A stretch of DNA of 64,000 nt from positions 960,001-1,024,000 of the forward strand of contig CAWCIZ010000003.1 of assembly GCA_963795855.1 (NCBI GenBank). The letters are read 5' to 3'. This document shows positions 30,921-40,919 of this stretch, piece after piece (positions within the stretch are counted from its first letter, which is position 1; the number at the start of each line of letters is the position of its first letter). The DNA comes from Vulcanimicrobiota bacterium. Its GTDB lineage: Bacteria > Vulcanimicrobiota > Vulcanimicrobiia > Vulcanimicrobiales > Vulcanimicrobiaceae. The translations under genes were made by a program, and so were the position numbers. Under the pieces are notes generated by a model. That model was not told the DNA's origin, searched no databases, and was given only the letters and a program-made list of their open reading frames with translations.

Positions 30921-32015
30921 TTAGATCAGCGAAATGGTTTCCTTGGGCTTCGGGCGCGCTTCGATTGAAGCGAGCAGTGCGTCGGCCAATGTGTCGCAGA
31001 CCGGGTCGTCGATTTCTTCGACGCGGCCTTCGTCTGCAAGGCGTGCCTTCGTCGGATCGATTGGGATGCGCGCCAGCACCGGCGCCTGGGCCAAATCGGC
31101 GACTCGATCCGCGTACGACGGCCCGAAGACTTCATACTTGTTGCCGGTATCCGGCGCCACAAAGTACGACATATTTTCCACCACGCCCAAGATCGGTTTC
31201 TTGAGTTGGTGTACCAGATTCGCGGCTTTGCGCACGATCATCGTTGCGAGTGCCTGCGGCATCGTAACCAGCACGACGCCGTCGACCGCCAGCGATTGCA
31301 AAACCGTGAGCGGCGCGTCCGACGTTCCCGGCGGCAAATCGATCAGCAGAAAATCCAAATCGCTCCAAAGCACTTGCTCGTAGAACTGACGGATGACGCC
31401 GGAAAGAATCGGTCCACGCCAAATCATGGCCGTGTCTTCTTTGTCGGTCAGCAAGTTGGAACTGACGACTTCAATAGCGCTGCGCGACAGCGCCGGAATC
31501 ATCAGCGGTTGCGCGTTGCCTTGCGGCGTCTTCGGGGCCGAGGGATCCGCTTCGATCACCAGCGGTTTGCTCAGACCGAACAGTTTGGGAATCGATGGGC
31601 CCGTGATGTCGCCGTCCAGAATGCCGACGCGCAGATGCTTGCGGCGCAGACCGAGCGCGAGCAGCGCCGTGACCAGCGATTTGCCGACTCCGCCCTTGCC
31701 CGACATGATCGGGACGACGTGTTTGATGCTCGCCCGGCGCTTGAATTCACCCGGAGCGCGACGCAGCGGTGCCCGGTCCTCGGCGGAGATGTTTGGCACG
31801 AAGCCGGAAAGACGCGCCTGCGTCAAAGCGGCGACGATCGGCTCGACGCGCAGCCCATGAGCCTTCGCGCCCTGCTCAATCGTTTCGTACTTGTTTACGC
31901 CGCAACCGGCGCAATGAAGCCCGAACCGGCCGAGAACGTCGGCGGCAATGGGCAGGTGCGCGACCAGCTCGTTGATATTGGTGCTCGGAGCGATCTCCAT
32001 CTCGATGTGGGGCAT
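30921..32015 (-). CDS. apbC: Mrp/ApbC/NBP35 Fe-S carrier ATPase with N-terminal DUF1858-like domain
   Basis: SGKGGVGKS, DGDITGPS, WRGP, DLPPGTSD, GVVENMS; N-terminal FGLHCAGC...ETIEQGAKAHG. Confidence 0.88.
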   Translation of the reverse strand: MPHIEMEIAPSTNINELVAHLPIAADVLGRFGLHCAGCGVNKYETIEQGAKAHGLRVEPIVAALTQARLSGFVPNISAEDRAPLRRAPGEFKRRASIKHVVPIMSGKGGVGKSLVTALLALGLRRKHLRVGILDGDITGPSIPKLFGLSKPLVIEADPSAPKTPQGNAQPLMIPALSRSAIEVVSSNLLTDKEDTAMIWRGPILSGVIRQFYEQVLWSDLDFLLIDLPPGTSDAPLTVLQSLAVDGVVLVTMPQALATMIVRKAANLVHQLKKPILGVVENMSYFVAPDTGNKYEVFGPSYADRVADLAQAPVLARIPIDPTKARLADEGRVEEIDDPVCDTLADALLASIEARPKPKETISLI

Positions 32016-32050
32016 GAAGCAATCCTTCGCGATGCGAACGACACCTTACT

Positions 32051-32884
32051 ATGCGAGTTTCGTCGCTGGAGGACGTCCTGCTGGCGGCCGCTTACCTCCA
32101 TTTGCCGGCTCGGCGTTTGCGTGCGCTGGTGCGCGGTGAAGAAGCCGCGCTGCGCGAATGGGTCGCCGAAGATACGGCCCGTAAGGTCACGCACGCGCGC
32201 CATCAAGCGAAAACCGCCGCGCAGCGTCTGCGAAAACTCGGCGCGCGCCTCGTAACGATCGCCGAAGACGCGTATCCCGCTGGGTTGCGCGATCTCGACG
32301 ATCCGCCCGCTTTCCTTTGCGTGCGGGGCGCGCTGCCCGCCGGCGGTTTGGCGATCGTCGGCACGCGCACGCCTCCGGCGCAAGCTGCGGTGTTTGCGCG
32401 CGATCTCGGTTCGGCGTGCGGGTCGCCCGTAGTGAGCGGTTTGGCAGCGGGCGTGGATGCGGCCGCGCATCATGGCGCGCTCGAGGCGGGTCTCGCGACG
32501 GTCGCCTACGTCGGAACGGGGCTCGGCATCACGTATCCGCCCGAACATCTCACGCTGGAAGAAGAGATCGTTTCACGCGGCGGAGCGGTCGCGAGCGAAC
32601 GACTCCCGGACGAGCCGGTGACGAAATCTGCGCTGGTGCACCGTAACAGACTGCAGGCCGCGCACGCCGACGCCACGGTGCTCGTTGCAAGCGAAATCGA
32701 CGGCGGCGCGATGCAGACGATGCGCTTCGCAAAGGACCTCGGCCGTCCGCGATTCGTTTTGGATGCGAAGGGTGAAGCGGAATATGCCGGGAACGTGCAG
32801 GCCCGCGCGGACGGCGCAATCGCGCTGCCGTTCGACGTGAAGGCCGCGCTGAGGATCCTGCATGCAAACCTTCGATCTCGTTAA
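32051..32884 (+). CDS. dprA: DNA-processing protein DprA/Smf
   Basis: YP..LR.L.DPP..L.VRG, AIVGTR, VSGLAAGVDAAAH, YPPEH, RNRL. Confidence 0.88.
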   Translation: MRVSSLEDVLLAAAYLHLPARRLRALVRGEEAALREWVAEDTARKVTHARHQAKTAAQRLRKLGARLVTIAEDAYPAGLRDLDDPPAFLCVRGALPAGGLAIVGTRTPPAQAAVFARDLGSACGSPVVSGLAAGVDAAAHHGALEAGLATVAYVGTGLGITYPPEHLTLEEEIVSRGGAVASERLPDEPVTKSALVHRNRLQAAHADATVLVASEIDGGAMQTMRFAKDLGRPRFVLDAKGEAEYAGNVQARADGAIALPFDVKAALRILHANLRSR

Positions 32885-34142
32885 CCGCGCGCAAGCGGTG
32901 CTTGCGGCAGGCTGCGACTCGCCCGTGCGTTCGGGCTGGTCGGTCGGCGGCGCTCCGTTTATTCAATCGCGCGGCGCCGGCGCCTATGCGTACGATGAAA
33001 ACGGCGACCGTTTCATCGACTACATCATGGCGTACGGTCCGCTGCTCTTCGGACACGCGCATCCCGCGCTGACATGCAATTTGGAAGAACTCGCGGGTGG
33101 AGGCGCCGTGCACGGCAACACGCATCCGGAAGAAATTCGACTGGCCGAACGTATTCGAGCGTATTTGCCCTCGATGGAGCGCCTGCGTTTCACCAGCACG
33201 GGCACTGAAGCGGTCATGAGCGCGATTCGCGTCGCCCGCGCTTTCACCAAACGCAATCACGTCGTCAAGTTTGCCGGCAATTACCACGGACATTTCGATC
33301 TTGCGCTTTTGAACGCCGGTGCCTCGGCGCACACGGGCGATGCAAAGCGCGGCGGCATTCCTGAAGGGGTGATGCATGACGTGTCGGTCGCGCGGTACAA
33401 CGATCTCGAAAGCGTCGACGCGCTGGTTCGCGGACGCGAGCACGATCTTGCGGCGATTATCGTCGAGCCGATCGTCGGCAACATGGGATACGTAACGCCG
33501 GTTCCGGGGTTTCTCCAAGGCCTGCGCGAGCGCACACAGCGCTATGGCGCCCTGCTGATTTTCGATGAAGTCATCACGTGGCTTCGTTTCGGGCTGCGCG
33601 GCGCGCAAGGGCGCGCCGGTATTTTCCCCGATATGACCACAATTGGAAAAGTCATGGGAGGTGGATTTCCCATCGCGGCGTTCGGCGGCCGGGAAGACGT
33701 CATGCGTGTATTGGCGCCGCTCGGCGCGACTTTCACCGGAGGAACGCACGCGGGCAACCCATTCTCCGTCGGCATGGCGCACCGCACGCTCGATCTGCTT
33801 GAAGCGCATCCGGAATATCATCCGTACATGGACGCGCTCGCATCGCGCCTTGCCGCCGGCATCCGGGAAAGTTTCAGACGGCGCGGTTTGCCGTATGCCG
33901 TCGTCCAGCAAGAATCGATTGTCGACTTCAAATTTCGCGCCGGTCCGCCCGCCCGCAACTACGACGACGCGCTCGCGGCGGACAAGGACCGGTATGCGCG
34001 GTATTATCATGAAATGCGCAGGCGGAAAATTTTGCTGCCGCCCTCGCAAAACGAAGTGATGTTCGTTTCGACCGCGCATACCGCCGCGGACGTCGATGAG
34101 ACGATAACCGCTATCGATGAAACGCTCGACGTTCTTAGCTAG
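32862..34142 (+). CDS. hemL: Glutamate-1-semialdehyde 2,1-aminomutase
   Basis: SPVR, GPLLFGH, TGTEAVMSAIRVAR, YHGH, EPIVGNMG, IFDEVIT, GKVMGGGFP, PPSQNE. Confidence 0.92.
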   Translation: MQTFDLVNRAQAVLAAGCDSPVRSGWSVGGAPFIQSRGAGAYAYDENGDRFIDYIMAYGPLLFGHAHPALTCNLEELAGGGAVHGNTHPEEIRLAERIRAYLPSMERLRFTSTGTEAVMSAIRVARAFTKRNHVVKFAGNYHGHFDLALLNAGASAHTGDAKRGGIPEGVMHDVSVARYNDLESVDALVRGREHDLAAIIVEPIVGNMGYVTPVPGFLQGLRERTQRYGALLIFDEVITWLRFGLRGAQGRAGIFPDMTTIGKVMGGGFPIAAFGGREDVMRVLAPLGATFTGGTHAGNPFSVGMAHRTLDLLEAHPEYHPYMDALASRLAAGIRESFRRRGLPYAVVQQESIVDFKFRAGPPARNYDDALAADKDRYARYYHEMRRRKILLPPSQNEVMFVSTAHTAADVDETITAIDETLDVLS

Positions 34143-35514
34143 CACGCCGCTTGCCGCGGCAGCCGGGACGTATGCGGCCGCAATGCCGCAACCGAGCACC
34201 GTCGCGGCGCAAGTCCGCGAGGAGTTTCTACACGCGTGGAACGGCTACAAACGCTTTGCGTGGGGCGCGGACGAAGTCGCGCCGCTGAGCGGAAAGCCGA
34301 AGAATTTCTTCGTGCCCGGGCACTCGTTCGGTCTGTCGATCATCGAAGCGATGGACACGCTGTACGTCATGGGCCTGGACGACGAACTCGCATCCTGCGT
34401 GGAGTGGCTGCGCTCTCACCTCGATTTCGACGTCGACGCGAACGTCCAGATGTTCGAGGCCGTCATCCGCATGGTCGCGGGTTTGACGACCGGCTACTAC
34501 GCAACCGGCGAGCGGTTTTTGCTGCAAGGAGCAGTGGATCTGGCGGATCGGTTGCTGCCGTGCTTCACGAAGTCTCCGAGCGGCGCACCGTACCGGTACG
34601 CGAACTTGAAAACGGGTGCAGTGAGCGATCCGAAGTCGAATTTGGCGGAGATCGGCTCCAACGTCCTCGAGTTCGGAGACTTGACTCGGTTGACCGGAGA
34701 TCGTAAATATATCGAAGCGTCGATGAACGCGTTTTCCGCGGTCATGAAGCGAAAATCGCCGCTCGATCTGCTGGGCACGTCCTTCCACGTCGAAAAGGGC
34801 GAATTCATCGGTTCCGATGACGTCGCGCCGGACGAACCGGTCGATTCTTTTTACGAATATCTCTGGGGCGGCTGGCAGTTGCTGGGCATCGCGCAATGCC
34901 GCGAATGGTACCACGAGTTGACGCGCGCCCTGCTCGAATACAAAGTTACGCACGTCGACGGGAATCTTTGGTTCAAAACGGTCGACTACACGACGGGGCT
35001 GCCCACTGGCGATGCTTCCAGCAGCGAACTCGCCGCCTTCTACGCCGAACTCGTCGCGAAAGGCGGCGATCGCGCCGTCGGCGAGGCGTTTTACGACTCT
35101 TGGACGCGCGCGCTCGATCGATACGCGCTCATTCCGGAAGTTCTCTTCTATCCGGACCTCTCGATTATCGATCCGCGACATTGGCTGCGCCCGGAGTACC
35201 CGAACTCCGCGTTCGACCTCTGGTTCCTGACGCGAGATCCGAAATACCGCGCCACGGCGTACCGCTATTTTACTGCGTTACGCACGCATTGCCGCACCGC
35301 GAGCGGATATACCGTCCTTACCGACGTTCGCACGCGCCCGATGACGCAGGGCGATTATTTTCCGGCGTACGCGTTTTCCGAAAATTTCAAGTACCTCTAC
35401 CTGATGTTCGCCGACGCGCCGCGCTTCGACGCGAGCGGCTATTATCTGAACACGGAAGGCAAAATTTTGCGCGGAATGCTGCGCGGCGGAAAGCCGGCGC
35501 ACCTCACGCAGTAA
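34117..35514 (+). CDS. Glycoside hydrolase family 47 alpha-1,2-mannosidase, exported
   Basis: FLHAWNGYKRFAWGADE, DTLYVMG, FEAVIR, LEF..L..LTGD, DSFYEYL, LRPE, SENFKYLYL.F, NTEG. Confidence 0.9.
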   Translation: MKRSTFLASTPLAAAAGTYAAAMPQPSTVAAQVREEFLHAWNGYKRFAWGADEVAPLSGKPKNFFVPGHSFGLSIIEAMDTLYVMGLDDELASCVEWLRSHLDFDVDANVQMFEAVIRMVAGLTTGYYATGERFLLQGAVDLADRLLPCFTKSPSGAPYRYANLKTGAVSDPKSNLAEIGSNVLEFGDLTRLTGDRKYIEASMNAFSAVMKRKSPLDLLGTSFHVEKGEFIGSDDVAPDEPVDSFYEYLWGGWQLLGIAQCREWYHELTRALLEYKVTHVDGNLWFKTVDYTTGLPTGDASSSELAAFYAELVAKGGDRAVGEAFYDSWTRALDRYALIPEVLFYPDLSIIDPRHWLRPEYPNSAFDLWFLTRDPKYRATAYRYFTALRTHCRTASGYTVLTDVRTRPMTQGDYFPAYAFSENFKYLYLMFADAPRFDASGYYLNTEGKILRGMLRGGKPAHLTQ

Positions 35515-35632
35515 ACGAGCGAGGCCCCGCCGGGACGCGAGGCCATCTCCTATGAAGCGCAAAGCGGGGATGGGGGAAGCGGATCGGGCATTGCGTTGGC
35601 GCGCGGGGAGGCCGGTCCGCTTCCTATTACTA

Positions 35633-36994
35633 TTATGTGCGAACCGGCACCGGATAAACGACCGGACTGCGTAAACCTTTTGCATCTACGGAACGCACGC
35701 CGAGAATAAAGTTGTCTTTGCTGACCGGCACTGTCGCTTCGGTGGCACTTCCGACGTTCTTCGCATACTGCCAAACCGGCGAGCTCGTTTCGCGCCAGAC
35801 GATTTCGTATTGCGAAGCGCCCGCAGCCGGCTTCCACCGAAGCGTCGAGTCATTGGTGAGGTGAGCGGTCACTAATTCCACCTGCGACGGCGCGTCGGGC
35901 CCTAGCGCAAGCGCCGCCAACGCGGCGACGTTCATGCGGGTGACTTGCGCAAGATACTCCGGGTCGACGTATTTCGGCAAGTCGCCGTATTGAACGCCGG
36001 CCTGCACGCGCACGTCCTGGTGCTGGTGGCGGAAATCTTCGTGAATTTCGACGAAGCGGATCGCGGGAAAGCCTTCCGCGGTAAACGATTCCTGATCGCC
36101 ACCGCGCAAAAACCGGTCGGCGCGGTAAATCAGCACGCCGTGCATCGGCGGAACGTAACGCTCGCTCGCCGCCTTTACGAAACGAGCGAGTTCGCGCGAC
36201 GGCGAATCGTTTTCCGAACCAACGAGATTGACGACGGCGTCTTTGGCTCCCAAGGGCAGCGCCTCGCTGAAGATGCGGACTTCGTTCAGGTCCGGAGTCC
36301 GGCGGGCGCGTTCGGCGTGCCGATGATGTCGTTGTTCAGGTCCGCCGACGACGTCGGTGCCTGCCGCCTTCATCTCCTTAGCGAAGTGTTCCGAACCCCA
36401 CAACCCCAGTTCCTCACCGTCGAAGACCGCGAAAACGATCGTTCCGCGAAATTGCGTCGACGCCATGACCTTCGCAGCCTCGATGACCGCCGCCGTTCCC
36501 GAACCGTTGTCGTCGGCGCCCGGCGCGTCACCGCGTCCGTCCGTGCATTTGCCGTTGCAGTCGTCGTAGTGGCTCGACATGACGTACGTAGGGCCCGGAA
36601 CCGAGCCTTTGAGCGTCGCGATAATGCTCGACTCGATGACGTCGCGCGGCGTTCGTTCGGTCTTCGGCTGCGTGAAGGTGTCGAGCGCGACGCTCATGCG
36701 GCCGCCGCTCGTTTTAGCGATCGCATCGAATTGCGCGCGGATCCAGTCGCGCGCCGCGAACACGCCGCGTGTGGAGGAATGAAGATCGTCGGAAAAATCG
36801 TTGCGGGTTCCGAACGCAACGAGCCGGCTGTCGGTTTGACGCAGATCGCTCGCGGAGACGGCTGCCACGAGCGCCTTGATGCGCGGATCGATCGGCGGTT
36901 GCGGTATGGAGGCATAGCCGGCGGCGCGTGCGACAAAGCAGCTCGACGCCAGCGCGGCGACCGTAAATGCGGCAAAGAGGCGGCGAATCTTCAT
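35633..36994 (-). CDS. M28 family metallopeptidase, secreted (compensating frameshifts ~36300-36345)
   Basis: SHYD, APGADDNGSG, GEELGLWGS, DRFLRGGD, HQHQD; C-terminal FN3-like segment. Confidence 0.9.
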   Translation of the reverse strand: MKIRRLFAAFTVAALASSCFVARAAGYASIPQPPIDPRIKALVAAVSASDLRQTDSRLVAFGTRNDFSDDLHSSTRGVFAARDWIRAQFDAIAKTSGGRMSVALDTFTQPKTERTPRDVIESSIIATLKGSVPGPTYVMSSHYDDCNGKCTDGRGDAPGADDNGSGTAAVIEAAKVMASTQFRGTIVFAVFDGEELGLWGSEHFAKEMKAAGTDVVGGPEQRHHRHAERARRTPDLNEVRIFSEALPLGAKDAVVNLVGSENDSPSRELARFVKAASERYVPPMHGVLIYRADRFLRGGDQESFTAEGFPAIRFVEIHEDFRHQHQDVRVQAGVQYGDLPKYVDPEYLAQVTRMNVAALAALALGPDAPSQVELVTAHLTNDSTLRWKPAAGASQYEIVWRETSSPVWQYAKNVGSATEATVPVSKDNFILGVRSVDAKGLRSPVVYPVPVRT

Positions 36995-37006
36995 AGCCGC
37001 CTCATT

Positions 37007-37489
37007 TCATTGTATTGCCGCTCTTTCCTGATGGTAGCGGTATTTTGGGCGCAGATACCGGCCCAGCACGACCTCCGTGCCACGGCCCGGAATGGAATGA
37101 ACCGCGAAAATGTCGGTGCAACGGCGCATAATCGGCAAACCTCGTCCGCGTTCGGTAAGGGCGTCGGGTAAGGCGATGTTCGAGGCGGGATCGGACGAGA
37201 AGCCGGGGCCGGAATCAACGATCGTTGCCAGGATTTTGTCATCTTCGATTTGACAACGCACTTCGATGACGTCGCTGGTGCGCGAGTGCTCGATAGCGTT
37301 TGCGAGCGCCTCGCCTACGGCAAAAATGAACTCTTGGAGTTCCTGACTGTTTATCTCGTGACTGCCGGCAAAGGACAAGACTTGGTGCCGGACGCTTCGG
37401 CTAAACCGCGCGTTCGGCGGTATGCGCACGCATAAGCGGTGCCCGCCGGATTCGCCCTGTCCGTCGAGTGTCTGGCCATTTGAAATCAT
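37007..37489 (-). CDS. Anti-sigma factor/Ser-Thr kinase, RsbW-like (HATPase_c_2)
   Basis: AVGEALANAIEH, IVDSGPGF, ERGRGLPIM, GRGTEV. Confidence 0.85.
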   Translation of the reverse strand: MISNGQTLDGQGESGGHRLCVRIPPNARFSRSVRHQVLSFAGSHEINSQELQEFIFAVGEALANAIEHSRTSDVIEVRCQIEDDKILATIVDSGPGFSSDPASNIALPDALTERGRGLPIMRRCTDIFAVHSIPGRGTEVVLGRYLRPKYRYHQERAAIQ

Positions 37490-37539
37490 CGTCCCTTACC
37501 AGGGGCAGTTTACCTCGCCTCCAGAAAATTAAACTGTCG

Positions 37540-37826
37540 ATGGGCGCGTTCGTGTACATCCTTCGCTGCAGCGACGGCTCGCTTTATACCGGCTGGACCG
37601 ACGATCTGGATCGCCGCCTGGCGGCGCACGCGCAAGGCAAGGCCTCGAGATATACGCGGTCTCGGCTTCCGGTTCGGCTGGCCGCCTGGTTTGCACTGGA
37701 AAGTTCGACGACTGCGCGCAGCCTGGAGGCGCGCTTCAAGCGATTAACGCGGCGGGAAAAACTCGCGGCTCTTGCGGCGCGCCAGGCGTTCGGCATAACG
37801 ATGCACAACGCTCGCCACCGTCATGA
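37540..37826 (+). CDS. GIY-YIG nuclease (YhbQ/UPF0213-like; 3' end uncertain)
   Basis: FVYILRCSDGSLYTGWTDDL.RRL..H..GKASRYTRSR.PV. Confidence 0.85.
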
Positions 37827-38314
37827 CGACGCACACTCCACCGGTCGGCGAAGAACTGCGAAACCTGCTGGACAAGGCGCGCACCTCGCAAGCGCGCATC
37901 ACCACGTCGAAAGGCGACATGGTGTTCACCTTTTATCCGGACGACGCGCCGCAGCATTGCGCGGCGTTCATCAAATTGAGTGAGAGCCGGCTTCTACGAC
38001 GGGCTCGACCTTTCATCGCGTCGAGCCCGGCTTTGTGATTCAAGGCGGCGACCCGTCGGGAAATGGGACCGGCGGTCCGGGTTACAAGCTGAAGGCGGAG
38101 TTCAACGCCCGTCCGCACGTGCGCGGAACCGTCGCGATGGCGCGCGTCGGCAAATCCGGACTCAGCCGGTTCGCAATTCTACATTTGCCTGGACGACGCG
38201 CGGTTTCTGGATCGTCAGTACACGGTGTTCGGGCAACTCATCGACGGCTTCGAAACGCTCGACGCTATTCGCGCGGGCGACGCGATGACGAAGGTGACCA
38301 TCGAACCGCGATAA
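37823..38314 (+). CDS. Cyclophilin-type peptidyl-prolyl isomerase (several frameshifts)
   Basis: GFYDGL, FHRVEPGFVIQGGDP.G.G.GGPGY, RGTVAMAR, SAGSQFYI, YTVFG across three frames. Confidence 0.88.
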
Positions 38315-38326
38315 TTTCCGGAAGCG

Positions 38327-39211
38327 TTACAGGTCGGTTCCGGCTACGCGTCCATACACCAGGCGCGATATCTGCGCGATGCCGTCGTAGGCTTCGCCGG
38401 GCGCATCCAACCCGCTCGTATAGACGGCCAGCACGTACGGCGAGTCGCCGAACGGATCGACGATAGCCACGTCGCTGCGCGAGCGGCTCAGTTCGCCGGT
38501 CTTGTTCGCCACCGGCGTGCCGCGCGGCACGCCGCGCGGAATGGTGTCGCGATCCGTTTGCCCGAGCATGATGTCGATCATGCGGCGGCACGATTTCGGC
38601 GAGGCGACGGTGGCGATCTCTTCACGCGTGCCGCGTTCGAGTTCGAAAAGCAAATGCGCCATGTCCGCGGGCGTGGTGCGGTTGTCCATGTGGCGCAAAA
38701 TTGCGCTCGATATCCAGAAAATGCCGTTTCAAATGCGTGTTGTGCAATCCGGCGTGCCGCGTAACCGCATTGATGCGGCCGAACCCGAAGTGCGTGATGA
38801 GTAAGTTGCTCGCGGTGTTGTCGCTCAGTTGAATCATCGGTACGATCAGCTCGCGCGACGGTGAAACGCTGCCCGTCCGGCTGCGCTCGCCAGAAAATCG
38901 GAACCACCGATCAGCTCCTCACTGCGAAAAGTGATGCGCTCGCTTCATGACGGCGGGGTCGCGTTCGGCAGCCTTGAACGCCGTGAGCATGATGAGCATT
39001 TTGATCGTCGACGCGCTTGGAAACGATACGTTCGCGTTGTACGAGGCGAGCGGCGCGCCGAACGCCATGGTGTGCGCGTAAACGCCCACGTTACCCGGGA
39101 TGCTCTCGATTGCCGGCCGCAGCAGCGCGTCCAGCGGCGCTTGCGGCGCGAACTGCCTGCGGTAACCGACAATGCGGCGATCGAGCCGAATAAGAACGCC
39201 GAGCGCTTCAT
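38327..39211 (-). CDS. Class A beta-lactamase-like serine hydrolase (frameshifted)
   Basis: PSASTIK (SxxK), LSDNTASN, NRTTPADMA, VANKTG; N-terminus MKRSAFL. Confidence 0.8.
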
Positions 39212-40020
39212 CAAGACCCCGTTCCTTGGTAGTGCTGCATCCCGATTCGCCAAAATCCGTACGAGACCGCCAGCCAGCCCGCGCCGATCAGCGGAGTAAG
39301 CAGTCCGACTTGCGGTGAGAGCGCGAGTCCGGTTTCGGCTTTGTGCAGGAGAAACGTCGCCGGAAAGTAGTTCATGAAAGCGAACGGAAAGACGAACGAC
39401 AGAATGATGCGCACGCCGCGCGTGTAGATGCTGATCGGATAGCGCGTGAACTCCTGTTCCAACGACATGATGACCCAGCGCAGCGTGTCTACGCGTACGA
39501 ACCAGAACGAGACGGTCGCGACGGCGAGCGAGATGCCCAGATCGATGAGCGCGCCGCCAAGGATGATGAACGGCACGAACGTTATGAACGCCCAATCGAC
39601 GTGGACGCCGCAATAGCGCGTCGCGATGACGAAATAGGCGATGGCCAGCACCAGTCCGTCGGGAAAGATCTGCGAGGGAACGGTCAGCGTCTGAAAGAGC
39701 GCGTCTTGGGGCCGAACCAGAAAGCGGTCGAACCGCCCTTCGCGCACGTAGTCGGGAACGTTCACGACCGTGAAGAAGAAGGTATTGTGGAACTCGTGTG
39801 CCAGCATCCACAGCGCGTACAGGAACGCCATCTGTTTGAAATCCCAGCCGTTCATCGACGGAAACTGGCGCAGCGTCACCCACAGCGCGCCGAGTGCCGT
39901 ACCGTGGTACACGATTGTGAAGCAGAGCCACATGAAGAAGTTCGCCCGGTACTCGAGCATCGTCAAGAAATTGATGCGCCAGTATTGATAGTATGTGGCT
40001 AGCACTGCCGTGAAGTTCAC
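39211..40020 (-). CDS. ABC-2 family transporter permease
   Basis: LEYRANF, GWDF, VREGRFDRFLVRP, YPISIY, PFAFMNYFP, YQGTGS. Confidence 0.9.
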   Translation of the reverse strand: MNFTAVLATYYQYWRINFLTMLEYRANFFMWLCFTIVYHGTALGALWVTLRQFPSMNGWDFKQMAFLYALWMLAHEFHNTFFFTVVNVPDYVREGRFDRFLVRPQDALFQTLTVPSQIFPDGLVLAIAYFVIATRYCGVHVDWAFITFVPFIILGGALIDLGISLAVATVSFWFVRVDTLRWVIMSLEQEFTRYPISIYTRGVRIILSFVFPFAFMNYFPATFLLHKAETGLALSPQVGLLTPLIGAGWLAVSYGFWRIGMQHYQGTGS

Positions 40021-40912
40021 GCTGGAGCGCGAAGTTTCCGTTCGTCCGCCGTACCGGTTGGACCTGACTGCCGACGCGCTGCGCCGGCTGGCCGCGAACG
40101 TCGTGGACGTCGTCAGCGACGAGGGTGTGTATCGCCGCGCCCTGCGCGACGAGCGCGGAACGAATCTCGTTGAAATTCGCCAAGCCGAGCCCGCGCGCTC
40201 TCTCGCTGCGCATTGCCGGACGCGGACGCGGTTCGTTGGGTCGCGACCGTGGAGCGCATGGTCGGCACCGGGGTGCGTCTCGACGACTGGTATCGGCGCG
40301 TGCGCCCGTTTCCGTGGCTTGCTTTTCTCGCGCGCGAACTGCGCGGTCTTCGGCCTCCGCGCTATCCGTCACTTTGGGAGGCGCTCGCACATTCGATCGT
40401 TTTTCAGCAGATCAGCATTCACGCCGCCGCGTCGATCATGCGCCGGTTTATCGAAGCGGTGGGAGAGCCGGTCGACCACGCGGGCCGCGCGTACTACCCG
40501 TTTCCTGTCCCGCAACAGCTGCTGGCGTGCGCCGACGACGCGCTGCGCGGCGCCGGTCTGAGCGCAAACAAGATCGCGCACTTGCGAAGCGCTGCGCAAG
40601 CGATCGCTTCGGACGAGATCGCCGATGCGCAGATCGAAGCACTGCGACAGCGAACAGGCGGCGGAACGGCTGTGCTCGATACGCGGTATCGGCCCGTGGA
40701 GCGCTGCGGTCGTGCTGCTGCGCGGTTTCGGCCGGCTCGACGTATTCCCGATGAAGGATTCGGGCGTCGCGCGAAGTCTGCGGATGCTCTCGGGCAACCC
40801 GCTGCTGGACGCCCATGAACTGCTCGAAGGGCTCGGGCCGGTGCGCGGGATGCTCTACTTTCATCTGCTGCTCGGCCGCACGCGCAACCTCGTGCCGTCC
40901 GGTGCGGATTAG
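40010..40912 (+). CDS. alkA: DNA-3-methyladenine glycosylase II, AlkA family (frameshifts ~40205, ~40655)
   Basis: GLRPP...LWEAL..SIVFQQIS, FP.P..L, HhH IRGIGPWSA..LLRGFGRLDVFP..D. Confidence 0.85.
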
Positions 40913-40919
40913 AGAGCCT

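Noticed and set aside
35515..35635. HDV-like/hammerhead ribozyme, SRP RNA or c-di-GMP aptamer
   Set aside because: Only fragmentary resemblance; the required pairings and core motifs cannot be built.
37823..39211. Programmed frameshifting or pseudogenes in the cyclophilin and beta-lactamase-like genes
   Set aside because: No slippery-site/structure pattern seen; matches the window-wide indel error pattern.
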